In this document: positions 1 to 7,802 of the stretch, piece after piece
Position numbering within the stretch: the first letter of the stretch is position 1
Layout: every line of letters begins with the position of its first letter
Virus record (IMG/VR): IMGVR_UViG_3300009709_000001
Coordinates: 160,001 to 224,000 of that record
DNA: 64,000 nucleotides
Reading direction: 5' to 3' (one strand)
Origin: a virus
Lineage: Duplodnaviria; Heunggongvirae; Uroviricota; Caudoviricetes
The notes under the pieces: generated by a model
The model's input: the letters and a program-made list of their open reading frames with translations, nothing else
Databases searched by the model: none
What the model was told of the DNA's origin: nothing
Program-made: the position numbers and the translations under genes

Positions 1-17
1 CACTACGTCATACTCCC
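1..17 (-). tRNA. 5' fragment of a tRNA cut by the window edge
   Basis: Minus strand reads GGGAGTA-TG-ACGT-AGTG, an acceptor strand plus start of D arm; identity unknown. Confidence 0.5.
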
Positions 18-142
18 GGTGTTTGTTGAAAATATACGAAACTTTACCTTAGGCTGGTTAGTGCCTAATTATCACTGTGCGACCAGCATCATTAACCAAA
101 TGACGAGGTACGTTTGTGCGTCGGATGTATATTTTCGAACTC

Positions 143-217
143 TGGTGGGGGCACAGGGATTCGAACCCTGGACCATCGGATTAAAAGTCCGGTGCTCTAC
201 CACTGAGCTATACCCCC
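143..217 (-). tRNA. tRNA-Lys(UUU)
   Basis: Cloverleaf, TTCGAAT T-loop, anticodon loop CT-TTT-AA, encoded CCA. Confidence 0.95.
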
Positions 218-223
218 GAATTT

Positions 224-502
224 TTACAGCTTGGAAAGACCTAAAGCAATCTTATCAGCTTCAGTCAATTTCGCAAGTGCTGCTTCTTTTGCATTCTCGG
301 TGCAAAGAGCTTTGTATTCGTCGAATGAATCGACAATTACATATTGCAGAGAAATTTCTCTTGCATATCGCGGCCAGCTTCTCGACTCTGCTACGATTGC
401 ATCAGCAACGGTTTTGGAACCTGCATATGCAACGTGTTCGTCGTGCATGCCGCCACCATCAGGTGCGGAAACTTCCCAGCACTTAATTTCGATTTTTCGC
501 AT
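224..502 (-). CDS. hypothetical phage protein (~92 aa)
   Basis: ORF track 224..526; start moved to MRKIEIK, which follows a GGAG SD. Confidence 0.7.
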   Translation of the reverse strand: MRKIEIKCWEVSAPDGGGMHDEHVAYAGSKTVADAIVAESRSWPRYAREISLQYVIVDSFDEYKALCTENAKEAALAKLTEADKIALGLSKL

Positions 503-713
503 TTTGACGTTTCTCCAACGTATCATTTAAATCCTTGACTCCACCAGCCTGTGAACCTTCTAACCAGTGCACCAAGTTGGGAATCAAATACGATGTCAGC
601 TTCCTGTTCAGATCGCTATCGCCTTCGGCTTCGAACACTTCTGCTTGCAAGGCCTTGGCTTGCTGCAGGGCGAGAAACAGATTATTACTAATACGGTCTA
701 CTTTTTCTTGCAT
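483..713 (-). CDS. hypothetical phage protein (~76 aa)
   Basis: C-terminal part of ORF 483..863 from MQEKVD; the upstream extension overlaps the large ncRNA. Confidence 0.65.
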   Translation of the reverse strand: MQEKVDRISNNLFLALQQAKALQAEVFEAEGDSDLNRKLTSYLIPNLVHWLEGSQAGGVKDLNDTLEKRQNAKNRN

Positions 714-807
714 TTTAATCTTTCGGTAAAACCATATCAAAACATACCAAATATATAAACTAGGCTTCGGGAATCCATCACCGTAGCATATAAGATACGT
801 TTTGATA

Positions 808-1695
808 TAGTGGATGGCTGAGATTACACCATTACCTATCAACGCTCCGAGCATTATCAGCAAACCTTGCGAGTAAGCCTTCTCTCGACATCCACTATAG
901 CCCTTTCGGTACTATAGTCCGTTGACAGCATCGCCGTTTTAAGTCAGGCAGTAGACTTGACATCATATGCTATTCTACGCTTTCTATCCCACTAGCCTTG
1001 CGAGCTATTCATCTCCGCTAAGAGATTATGAAACTTCTTGCATAAACAGATTTCACCGTGCGAGCTACGTCCGACATGGTTAGCCTGCGCCCCATGTATT
1101 AGATGCTTTTCACATATGACCGAAGTAGTCTTTGCGTTTTTATTTGATTAAACCTATCAAGTTTGCTAATCTACTGTGATGTGCTACTTCCGTTGCTGAA
1201 TAACCTTTTGGGCTACCCAATACAACACACCACGTACCTTTTGCCTGCCGGCTACTCAGTGGTCTTTCTCGATTAATGTCATTAACTGCCAAAAACCGAT
1301 CATACTGCATACAAGCCCTAGAATGCGAGTCTCGGACAAATACACTACCCTTTCTCATACCAATTAACAAGTTTGGTATGTAGTGAAGATGGTACCACCC
1401 ACCTTTTCATCGACACGAGTTCCCCTTACGGGCTCGGCTGCCAACATTCTTTCCACTACACTTGCGTCCTTGCTACTTCACCCGGTGTTACCTCAGATAA
1501 AGCTCCCTTTCGGGAGTGAGCAGGCTTGCTTAAACGGACTATCTCTAGCGATGGTATGTAGACATTCCATCTTTGGGCGTCTCACGACGCTTACCCTTCT
1601 GATAGGCTGGGCGAACCATACCTATCAAGGAAATTAAGCTTCCCTGAATCCTTTACATTGCCAAAAACACCTAGTGCGCTTGGCAATGTAAAGCA
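808..1695 (-). ncRNA. large structured ncRNA, probably GOLLD RNA
   Basis: ~850 nt with no credible ORF; many GNRA-capped hairpins on minus strand (CTCGCAAG, CCGAAAGG, CCCGTAAGGG, CTCCCGAAAGGGAG); 3' motifs AAAACGGCGATG and TAATCTCAG as I recall for GOLLD; location in a phage tRNA cluster is typical. Boundaries approximate. Confidence 0.7.
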
Positions 1696-1707
1696 AATTT
1701 ACCTTAC

Positions 1708-1721
1708 ATTTTTAAAGAACG
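1708..1721 (-). promoter_or_regulatory. boxA-like antitermination element
   Basis: CGTTCTTTAAAAAT (cf. rrn boxA TGCTCTTTAACA), preceded by a small hairpin TGTTGTTAATAACAACA. Confidence 0.55.
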
Positions 1722-1747
1722 TTTGTTGTTATTAACAACATGCCTCT

Positions 1748-1776
1748 AGTTTAACTGTTTGTTAGCGGCATGTCAA
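1748..1776 (-). promoter_or_regulatory. sigma70-type promoter for the large ncRNA
   Basis: TTGACA-17 nt-TAAACT. Confidence 0.8.
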
Positions 1777-1782
1777 CAATTT

Positions 1783-2715
1783 TTAGTTTGGCTTTGATAT
1801 CCAGGCAGCATCGTGGCTAACCTTAGTATCATAGACCGAAAACTCAACAATCTTCTTCTCAAGTTCAAAACCAGCTGAGGCTAAGTCTTGAATAAAACTA
1901 TCGACTGTTGCGTCAAACTCGTCATACAGACCACTGTACCAACGAAGTGTCATCATCTGAACGAAGTTATCCTTGTCCAATACCTTGAACACATTCTTCG
2001 ACATATGTGCACCGTGAATTTCTGCGAGTTCATTTAAATCACTACGCCTTGCTTCCGATGTACGGACTGCAACGTGCGATTCGAAATAACAATCTTGCGG
2101 CATTAGGTCACCTTTTATCGATGGTGCTGCCGGATGCCATGGCACTGTTTCAATTTTTACTCTCACCACCTCAAACAGGTTTGCGGTAAGAAAGTTTTTA
2201 ATCCTCTGTGATTCTTCGTATGCCGAAGAATTATCGCCAAGATGAACAGACGATGTCATAACATCCTGCATCACGTTCTTGGACTGCAAATCTTGGAGAT
2301 CAAGTACAATCGGTTTAACACCGATGTGTTCACATGCATCACGGAAATCATTAATGTCATTTGTTTTCACTGTGACATGAATTTCATATGGAACAGGCTT
2401 ACCCTTTGTCTTTTCTTCCTTAGTTAGAATCTTATTCCACTTCAGAAGTTTTTCCTTGAACATTGCTTCCACTTCTTCATCAGTGAATCCCATGTGATAC
2501 GCAATCGAATAAGATACTAGAAGTGTGTCAATGACTTCTTCGAGCACTTGCTTCTTTTCGACAAAGCGGTGTCTTGTAGAACTTACATTCTCGTAAGGTG
2601 CGACAACTTTTGCAAGTTCGCCACCTTCCTCAAATAGCTTCATGACACGTTCACTAACCGTCTTTGTATCAAGGCCGGTTAGTAACTTAATATGCTCGAG
2701 TGTTGATTTTTCCAT
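1783..2715 (-). CDS. MazG-like NTP pyrophosphohydrolase fused to a C-terminal domain of unknown function
   Basis: N-terminal KLFEEGGELAK...EEVIDTL acidic MazG-type motif. Confidence 0.7.
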   Translation of the reverse strand: MEKSTLEHIKLLTGLDTKTVSERVMKLFEEGGELAKVVAPYENVSSTRHRFVEKKQVLEEVIDTLLVSYSIAYHMGFTDEEVEAMFKEKLLKWNKILTKEEKTKGKPVPYEIHVTVKTNDINDFRDACEHIGVKPIVLDLQDLQSKNVMQDVMTSSVHLGDNSSAYEESQRIKNFLTANLFEVVRVKIETVPWHPAAPSIKGDLMPQDCYFESHVAVRTSEARRSDLNELAEIHGAHMSKNVFKVLDKDNFVQMMTLRWYSGLYDEFDATVDSFIQDLASAGFELEKKIVEFSVYDTKVSHDAAWISKPN

Positions 2716-3074
2716 TAGGGTGAAAAGCCTTTATTTTTATTCTTCACTTTATTGTCGATATCCCATTTAATGGCTGCTCCGCTAGCGAATTTTTCACCTT
2801 TGCGAAATCTTGCACCATTAACGATAAACTCTTTCAACACTGAATCACCATTCCACCAGCCACGCTGAATATGGATATATCCTTCGGCGCCAAGTTTCTC
2901 TCTCAATGCTTTGAATTCGGGATGATCATCTGATGATATCGATGACCAATAACCCTTACCTTGTAAGACCTTGACGAGATCTTCCTCGGTTGGATTTTCC
3001 TTATCCGTGTAGCAATTCCCGGACTTACGAATAGTCACGCTTGTTAGGGATTCTGGGTTTATGGTAAAGTTCAT
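2715..3074 (-). CDS. hypothetical protein
   Basis: 119-aa ORF, stop overlaps the MazG-like start. Confidence 0.75.
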   Translation of the reverse strand: MNFTINPESLTSVTIRKSGNCYTDKENPTEEDLVKVLQGKGYWSSISSDDHPEFKALREKLGAEGYIHIQRGWWNGDSVLKEFIVNGARFRKGEKFASGAAIKWDIDNKVKNKNKGFSP

Positions 3075-3078
3075 AATA

Positions 3079-3168
3079 TGGCGGATAGTATAGGATTTGA
3101 ACCTATGTGCCCCGAAGGACCCACTCCTTAGCAGGGAGGGACGATTAGCCGGACTCTGTCAACTATCC
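3079..3168 (-). tRNA. tRNA-Ser(GCU)
   Basis: Loop CT-GCT-AA, long variable arm, G73, CCA. Confidence 0.9.
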
Positions 3169-3247
3169 ATGAATTTAGCGGCAATAGGAAGCTAGGGTTC
3201 GCTTTCGGGAATCACCTAACTTGTTCCCCTATTGCCGGGCCCAACAA

Positions 3248-3568
3248 TTATACTTTGTCAGGGTATTGACTGTCAATAAAGTCAATTGCAAGATGTGGAC
3301 TTGTACCTACATCGAGCATCTTGATGTTCTTGAAGCCATTTTCTTCTGTAATGAGTGATTCGTCCGCGCGAATACCACCCTTATACTTGCCGTCACCTTT
3401 CTTGTGCATCAGATTACCTGTTGCGGGATCAATAGAACCCCATTTAGGTGTATGTGCACCTTCGATCGGTTCGACAAAATATGTCTTGCCGGTACGTTGA
3501 GAATATACGATGAAACGACCTGTCTCGTCTGTGTTCGTTAAGAACTTACTGCGAATGTCATTGCTCAT
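3248..3568 (-). CDS. hypothetical phage protein
   Basis: 106-aa ORF with GGGGG SD. Confidence 0.8.
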   Translation of the reverse strand: MSNDIRSKFLTNTDETGRFIVYSQRTGKTYFVEPIEGAHTPKWGSIDPATGNLMHKKGDGKYKGGIRADESLITEENGFKNIKMLDVGTSPHLAIDFIDSQYPDKV

Positions 3569-3594
3569 ATAGCCCCCATGGTTAAAATGTTGTT

Positions 3595-3671
3595 TGGCAA
3601 GCCGTTGGGGACTCGAACCCCAGCCCTTCTGACTCAGAATCAGACCACACTGCCCCTTATGCTACCGGCCA
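3595..3671 (-). tRNA. tRNA-Gln(CUG)
   Basis: Loop TT-CTG-AG, T arm, G73-CCA; acceptor stem weak. Confidence 0.75.
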
Positions 3672-3675
3672 CTTG

Positions 3676-4098
3676 TTAATTTAATTTCTGAGATTTCACG
3701 ATACGACGCATTTCATTCTCAATATCGCGTTTCTTCTCAGATTCTCTCTTATCGTATTCCTTCTTACCCTTTGCAAGTCCAATCTTCAATTTGAACTTAC
3801 CACGCAATGGATAAATCTTCAACGGTATAAGAGTTAGTCCGCGTTCTTGAGTTCTACCCATAACGCGGTTAATTTCTTTCTTGTTCAAAAGCAGTTTTCG
3901 TGTGCGAAGTTGATCATTATCAGCACTTCCCATCGAAGCACCGACTAGATATACTTCACCGTTACGGATGACACAATGTGTGCCGGCAATCGAACACACG
4001 TCCGATGCAATGGCCTTTGCTTCCCATCCTTGCAAAACCATTCCGCTCTCAAATTCTTCAAGAATTTCGTAATCGTGATAAGCTTTCTTATTTTGCAT
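3676..4098 (-). CDS. smpB: SsrA-binding protein SmpB
   Basis: NKKAYHDYEILEEFESG, RTRKLLLNKKEI, TLIPLKIY, GLAKGKKEYDKRE motifs; ATG start at 4098 chosen because the TTG start overlaps a tRNA. Confidence 0.95.
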   Translation of the reverse strand: MQNKKAYHDYEILEEFESGMVLQGWEAKAIASDVCSIAGTHCVIRNGEVYLVGASMGSADNDQLRTRKLLLNKKEINRVMGRTQERGLTLIPLKIYPLRGKFKLKIGLAKGKKEYDKRESEKKRDIENEMRRIVKSQKLN

Positions 4099-4116
4099 TT
4101 CAAAACTCGCTATGTT

Positions 4117-4191
4117 TGGCAAGGGTGGTGAGAATCGAACTCACTAACCGTGGGTCAAAGCCACGTATGCATACCATTGCATATCACCCCA
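4117..4191 (-). tRNA. tRNA-Gln(UUG)
   Basis: Loop CT-TTG-AC, cloverleaf, CCA. Confidence 0.9.
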
Positions 4192-4319
4192 ATTGTAGAT
4201 CTAAACGTATGGCGATCCCCGTGTCACAGGCCGATGCTTTCGCATCGGCCCGGAAGGATTGATTACCTTCATCAGTTCTTACAAACAGAGTTGACGACTC
4301 TCTTCGTACATGCTTATTC

Positions 4320-4394
4320 TGGACCCCCTGCAAGGAATCAAACCTTGACCTGAACGTTCGTAGCGTTCTGTTCTATTCATTGAACTACAGGGAG
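4320..4394 (-). tRNA. tRNA-Arg(ACG)
   Basis: Loop CT-ACG-AA, T-loop variant TTTGATT, CCA. Confidence 0.85.
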
Positions 4395-4843
4395 TTATTC
4401 TTAATCAATATTTTGGATTTTTCTACCATCTCATCTGTGATTGCAATTTTACCGCCATGAATTTTTCTATGACAATTAGAGCAAACCACAATACATTTTT
4501 CAACTTCTTTTAGAATAGTATCTAACGGATATTTTGCAATCATCCCCGAAATATCATATTCTTTACTTTCCGGTTCAAGATGATGAAATTCAATACACTT
4601 TATGTAATCCTCGCCACATACTATGCATGATAGTGTCGATTTCCATCTTAACGCCGATTCTTTATAATTGCGATTTCTTTCACCGACTGCACTAACAATT
4701 TTTTCTCTGTGTAAGCGATAAGAATTTTTAGATGTCTCTCGCCTACAATCATTGCATTGTCCGTGCAGTTGATTTTTAGACCTAGATCTCCATGCATATT
4801 GGTCTAGGTCTTTAGTACACCTACATTTCGAACATACTTTCAT
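4385..4843 (-). CDS. HNH homing endonuclease
   Basis: CxxC pairs, IEFHHL, CIVVCSNCHRKIH; stop codon lies inside tRNA-Arg. Confidence 0.9.
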   Translation of the reverse strand: MKVCSKCRCTKDLDQYAWRSRSKNQLHGQCNDCRRETSKNSYRLHREKIVSAVGERNRNYKESALRWKSTLSCIVCGEDYIKCIEFHHLEPESKEYDISGMIAKYPLDTILKEVEKCIVVCSNCHRKIHGGKIAITDEMVEKSKILIKNNSL

Positions 4844-4893
4844 ATTTATTCCTGCTACGAAGTATATTATATTCGTAGCAAAAATACAGTATT

Positions 4894-4969
4894 TGGTGGA
4901 GCATAGTGGAGTCGAACCACTCTAACCTACCTTATGAGAGTAGTGCATCAGCCGCTCTGCCAATGCTCC
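4894..4969 (-). tRNA. tRNA with CAU anticodon (Met or Ile2)
   Basis: Loop CT-CAT-AA, paired G1-C72, A73. Confidence 0.85.
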
Positions 4970-4987
4970 ATAAATTTTATTCTGATG

Positions 4988-5479
4988 CTAGATTAAACCT
5001 TGCACCTTAGAAAAGTCCGGAATAAACCAATCCGGCATATCTCTATTTTTCCATCCAGCAATATGTTGCTTATGGACGTTGTAATAATTTCTGTAAGATT
5101 GAATGGGATCATCAACCTTAACATCATCAGGCATTGCCAGGCGGAATGGAGTAATACCCTTGCTTTCAATATTCGGATAAGGTAGATTACGAATCACATC
5201 GTAAGCTTTATGATTTACCGAATGCTCATACCTATACATCCATTCGTAATTGAGCGCTTCAGCAAGATCTCTCAACCAAAGCCAATTATCGAGTGACTCA
5301 CGTATCCAAATTGCACTTGGACGATTAACGTGTGTCAGTTTATAGCCTGCATCAATGCCACTAACTCGAACTGCACTACTCAATAGTTGTGCATATTCGG
5401 TAACCATCTTAACCACATGGCGATCAACGTGATATTTAGCGTTGGTCTCGTGATCAGAATCGAGATAAAAAATGTTCAT
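4988..5479 (-). CDS. pyrimidine dimer DNA glycosylase/endonuclease V-like protein, copy 1
   Basis: MNIFYLD...DRHVVKMVTEYAQLLS...YRNYY family signature. Confidence 0.8.
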   Translation of the reverse strand: MNIFYLDSDHETNAKYHVDRHVVKMVTEYAQLLSSAVRVSGIDAGYKLTHVNRPSAIWIRESLDNWLWLRDLAEALNYEWMYRYEHSVNHKAYDVIRNLPYPNIESKGITPFRLAMPDDVKVDDPIQSYRNYYNVHKQHIAGWKNRDMPDWFIPDFSKVQGLI

Positions 5480-5484
5480 GTGCA

Positions 5485-5513
5485 ATTATAACTTACAGAC
5501 TATTTTTTTGCAA
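5485..5513 (-). promoter_or_regulatory. sigma70-type promoter, probably giving a leaderless mRNA
   Basis: TTGCAA-17-TATAAT, 5 nt upstream of the ATG. Confidence 0.65.
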
Positions 5514-5622
5514 TTGAATTTGATTGTACCGCCCTAATGCAATATACCGAAGTAGTAACATATACGTTGACCATAACCTACGGCAGTATCTTAGTTATGA
5601 TGCACTATTTGCAATCGAAACT

Positions 5623-5696
5623 TGGTGCGGGCTAAGGGAATCGAACCCTTGATCTCTCGTTGGCAACGAAAAGTTTTACCATTAAACTAAGCACGC
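5623..5696 (-). tRNA. tRNA-Gly(GCC)
   Basis: Loop TT-GCC-AA; A73 instead of the usual bacterial U73. Confidence 0.85.
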
Positions 5697-5795
5697 GAAT
5701 ATGAATTAAGATAGTTGAAATAGCAAGGACGGAATCGAACCGCAACTACACCATGGCTTGATTATACCCGCTTCAATCAGGCGCTATCTTAAACT

Positions 5796-5886
5796 TGGCG
5801 GAAGTGGACGGATTCGAACCCTCTAACCCATTTCTGAATCAAACAGTTTTCAAGACTGTGCCGCTCTCCTAGACGGTAGCACTTCC
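5796..5886 (-). tRNA. tRNA-Ser(UGA)
   Basis: Loop CT-TGA-AA, long variable region, G73. Confidence 0.9.
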
Positions 5887-5891
5887 ATATT

Positions 5892-5970
5892 TGGTGCCCG
5901 GATAGAGAATCGAACTCTACACTTTTCCACTTGTAAGGAGGATGGCTTCACCAGCTGCAACTCTCCGGGC
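5892..5970 (-). tRNA. tRNA-Val(UAC)
   Basis: Loop CT-TAC-AA, acceptor GCCCGGA/TCCGGGC, CCA. Confidence 0.8.
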
Positions 5971-5982
5971 AATAATTCTATC

Positions 5983-6056
5983 TCACCTCATGTGGGCCCC
6001 GATCCGACGACCCCTATCCTATCGAATAGTGCTCTACCTCTGAGCTAATGTGATGA
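5983..6056 (-). pseudogene. degenerate tRNA (Ile-GAU-like)
   Basis: Intact D arm GCTC-AGAGGTA-GAGC but decayed T loop, acceptor and CCA. Confidence 0.5.
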
Positions 6057-6082
6057 TTTTATGAAACTTTCGTTTCAGTGAT

Positions 6083-6189
6083 TGGTGGAATCTACGGGGT
6101 TCGAACCCGCCACAGGCGCCGCCTGCTACTCCAGATACTCAGTTCAATATGAAATTGTGCACCCAGGATTGAACTTTTCAACAGATCCC
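6083..6189 (-). ncRNA. tRNA-like RNA with G3:U70 acceptor and no D stem
   Basis: GGGATCT/AGATTCC-A-CCA, T arm GCGGG-TTCGAAC-CCCGT, non-cloverleaf interior. Confidence 0.65.
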
Positions 6190-6195
6190 ATAATA

Positions 6196-6270
6196 TGGTG
6201 GACCGCTCAGGTCGCGAACCTGATGTAAGACTGACCGTGACGTTTTAAGCCACATAGCATTTAGCAGCCC
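6196..6270 (-). ncRNA. tRNA-like RNA with G3:U70 acceptor, AAA anticodon-like loop and no D stem
   Basis: GGGCTGC/GCGGTCC-A-CCA; GTGGC-TTAAAAC-GTCAC; T arm TCAGG-TTCGCGA-CCTGA. Confidence 0.65.
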
Positions 6271-6274
6271 GAAT

Positions 6275-6745
6275 TCAAAAAGTAGGAATAAACCAATCCG
6301 GCATATTCCTGTTTGTCCATTTTGCAAGATGTTGCTTGTGAACATTGTAATACTTTCGGTATGCCTGTACAGGATCTTCGTCCCTTACATCATCTGGCAT
6401 AGCCAATCTAAACGGTGTAATACCTTTAGATTCAATATTCGGTACAGGTAGAGACTGTATCACATTAAAAGCCTTATGATTTTCGCTGTGATCATATCTA
6501 TACATATATTCGTAGTTGAGTTCTGTTGCCAGCTCTCTCAACCACAACCAATTATCTTGTGACTCCCTTGTCCAAATTGCACAAGGATGATTCTGATGCG
6601 TAATTTTATAGCCTGCATCAACGCCTGTCAATCTCACCGCTGTACTCAAAAGTTGAGCATATTCGGTAACCATTTTGACCACATGCCTGTCGACATGGGC
6701 CTTGGCGCATTCGTGTAAATCGTTATCTAGATAAAAGATATTCAT
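6275..6745 (-). CDS. pyrimidine dimer DNA glycosylase/endonuclease V-like protein, copy 2
   Basis: Close paralogue of 4988..5479 with HQNHPC motif. Confidence 0.8.
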   Translation of the reverse strand: MNIFYLDNDLHECAKAHVDRHVVKMVTEYAQLLSTAVRLTGVDAGYKITHQNHPCAIWTRESQDNWLWLRELATELNYEYMYRYDHSENHKAFNVIQSLPVPNIESKGITPFRLAMPDDVRDEDPVQAYRKYYNVHKQHLAKWTNRNMPDWFIPTF

Positions 6746-6757
6746 TTTTCTTATTAT

Positions 6758-6835
6758 TGGTGCCCCGGGAGGGATTCGAACCCACACTGTACGGTTTCTA
6801 AAACCGGTGCCTCCTACCTATTGCGCTACCTGGGC
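6758..6835 (-). tRNA. tRNA-Leu(UAG), short variable loop
   Basis: Loop TT-TAG-AA, A73, CCA. Confidence 0.85.
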
Positions 6836-6836
6836 A

Positions 6837-7280
6837 TTATTTCTTGACTGCAACCATAATTACGGCACAGCCTGATGTATTGTCTTCAAGGACCATGGAA
6901 TGAATTTTCTTATGGTTAAATTCATAAACGTGATTTAGTGATACTACTGCTTCTTCATCTTCGGCAGTAATGATGCTTGTACCCTTCGGTAGTACCACGG
7001 GTATCACAAAAGTGCGCGGTTCAAACACATTGGGATCTAATAAGTCCGTATGTGGCTCAGCACCCTTGCACACGCTAAAATATACAAAATCCAGGCGGTT
7101 TTTGTCAACTCCCACAACGGTTGCGATCCGATCCATCAAAAGTGAATCGGCGCTGCTGACAGCATGGACCTGGAATTTCTTCGGTGTATTTGTTTTGTAA
7201 CTCTGGAGCTTAATGCTTTCGGCATTAATCGCAATTTGTTCCGGGACATCAATAATACCGTGACAAACAATCTTATCCAT
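6837..7280 (-). CDS. putative 2OG-Fe(II)/cupin-fold oxygenase
   Basis: PHTD (HxD) and distal IHSM His in a beta-rich pattern. Confidence 0.5.
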   Translation of the reverse strand: MDKIVCHGIIDVPEQIAINAESIKLQSYKTNTPKKFQVHAVSSADSLLMDRIATVVGVDKNRLDFVYFSVCKGAEPHTDLLDPNVFEPRTFVIPVVLPKGTSIITAEDEEAVVSLNHVYEFNHKKIHSMVLEDNTSGCAVIMVAVKK

Positions 7281-7295
7281 AGATTACTTTCATTT

Positions 7296-7372
7296 TGGAG
7301 ACTCTGGTGAGAATCGAACTCACTCTTTGAACTGTTTTGCAGACAGTTGCCTTCCCAATCGACCACAGAGCC
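7296..7372 (-). tRNA. tRNA-Cys(GCA)
   Basis: Loop CT-GCA-AA, U73. Confidence 0.9.
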
Positions 7373-7383
7373 ATTGAATTTGA

Positions 7384-7457
7384 TGGGTTGAACCGGGGAA
7401 TCGAACCCTCGCCTACTGTTTCACAGACAGTCTTGCTACCACTACACTAGGAACAAC
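7384..7457 (-). tRNA. tRNA-His(GUG)
   Basis: Loop CT-GTG-AA, G-1:C73; imperfect acceptor and T stems. Confidence 0.75.
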
Positions 7458-7471
7458 ATCGAAATTAAAAA

Positions 7472-7589
7472 CAGGTTCGCAATTTATATCCTACCATTAG
7501 ACGACAGTAGCGACCAACTCTACCGCTGGGATTCGAACCCAGATCTTCTTTTTTACAGAAAGATTATTATTTATTGCTGAAACGAACCT
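7472..7589 (-). ncRNA. circularly permuted tRNA-like RNA carrying the CAGCAA module (Y RNA/YrlA-like architecture)
   Basis: Order 5'-3': AGGTTCG-TTTCAGCAA, anticodon arm (GTA), T arm, loop-closed acceptor, D arm, CGAACCTG. Confidence 0.7.
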
Positions 7590-7604
7590 AAAGTCGAAAT
7601 AAGT

Positions 7605-7707
7605 CAGGATGGGTGACTGATGGCCGGGAGTCGAACCCTATGTCACTGGCCCCAATGGCCTGGCCCGCAAAGTTTTGGCTGCGTGAATTGCTTGCTGCAA
7701 TCATCCT
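7605..7707 (-). ncRNA. CAGCAA-module RNA with T-loop
   Basis: AGGATG-ATTGCAGCAA...GGG-TTCGACT-CCC...CATCCTG. Confidence 0.6.
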
Positions 7708-7716
7708 TTAGAAATT

Positions 7717-7793
7717 TGGTTCCCATGGTCGGATTCGAACCGACACTGAACAGTGTTTGAAACTGCTGACTCTACCGATTGGCCTACATGGGC
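7717..7793 (-). tRNA. tRNA-Leu(CAA), short variable loop
   Basis: Loop TT-CAA-AC, A73. Confidence 0.85.
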
Positions 7794-7802
7794 ATCGAAT
7801 AC

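Noticed and set aside
1193-1200. Seventh CAGCAA module
   Set aside because: Sits inside a GOLLD-like helix and lacks the AG...CTG closing stem
714-1637. ORFs 1140..1370 and 1383..1637 and the N-terminal extension of 483..863
   Set aside because: They lie in the structured ncRNA, with weak starts and no protein-like features
4230-4275. Hammerhead ribozyme (CTGATGA and GAAA on the minus strand)
   Set aside because: GAAA caps a separate hairpin instead of following stem II, so the core geometry does not fit
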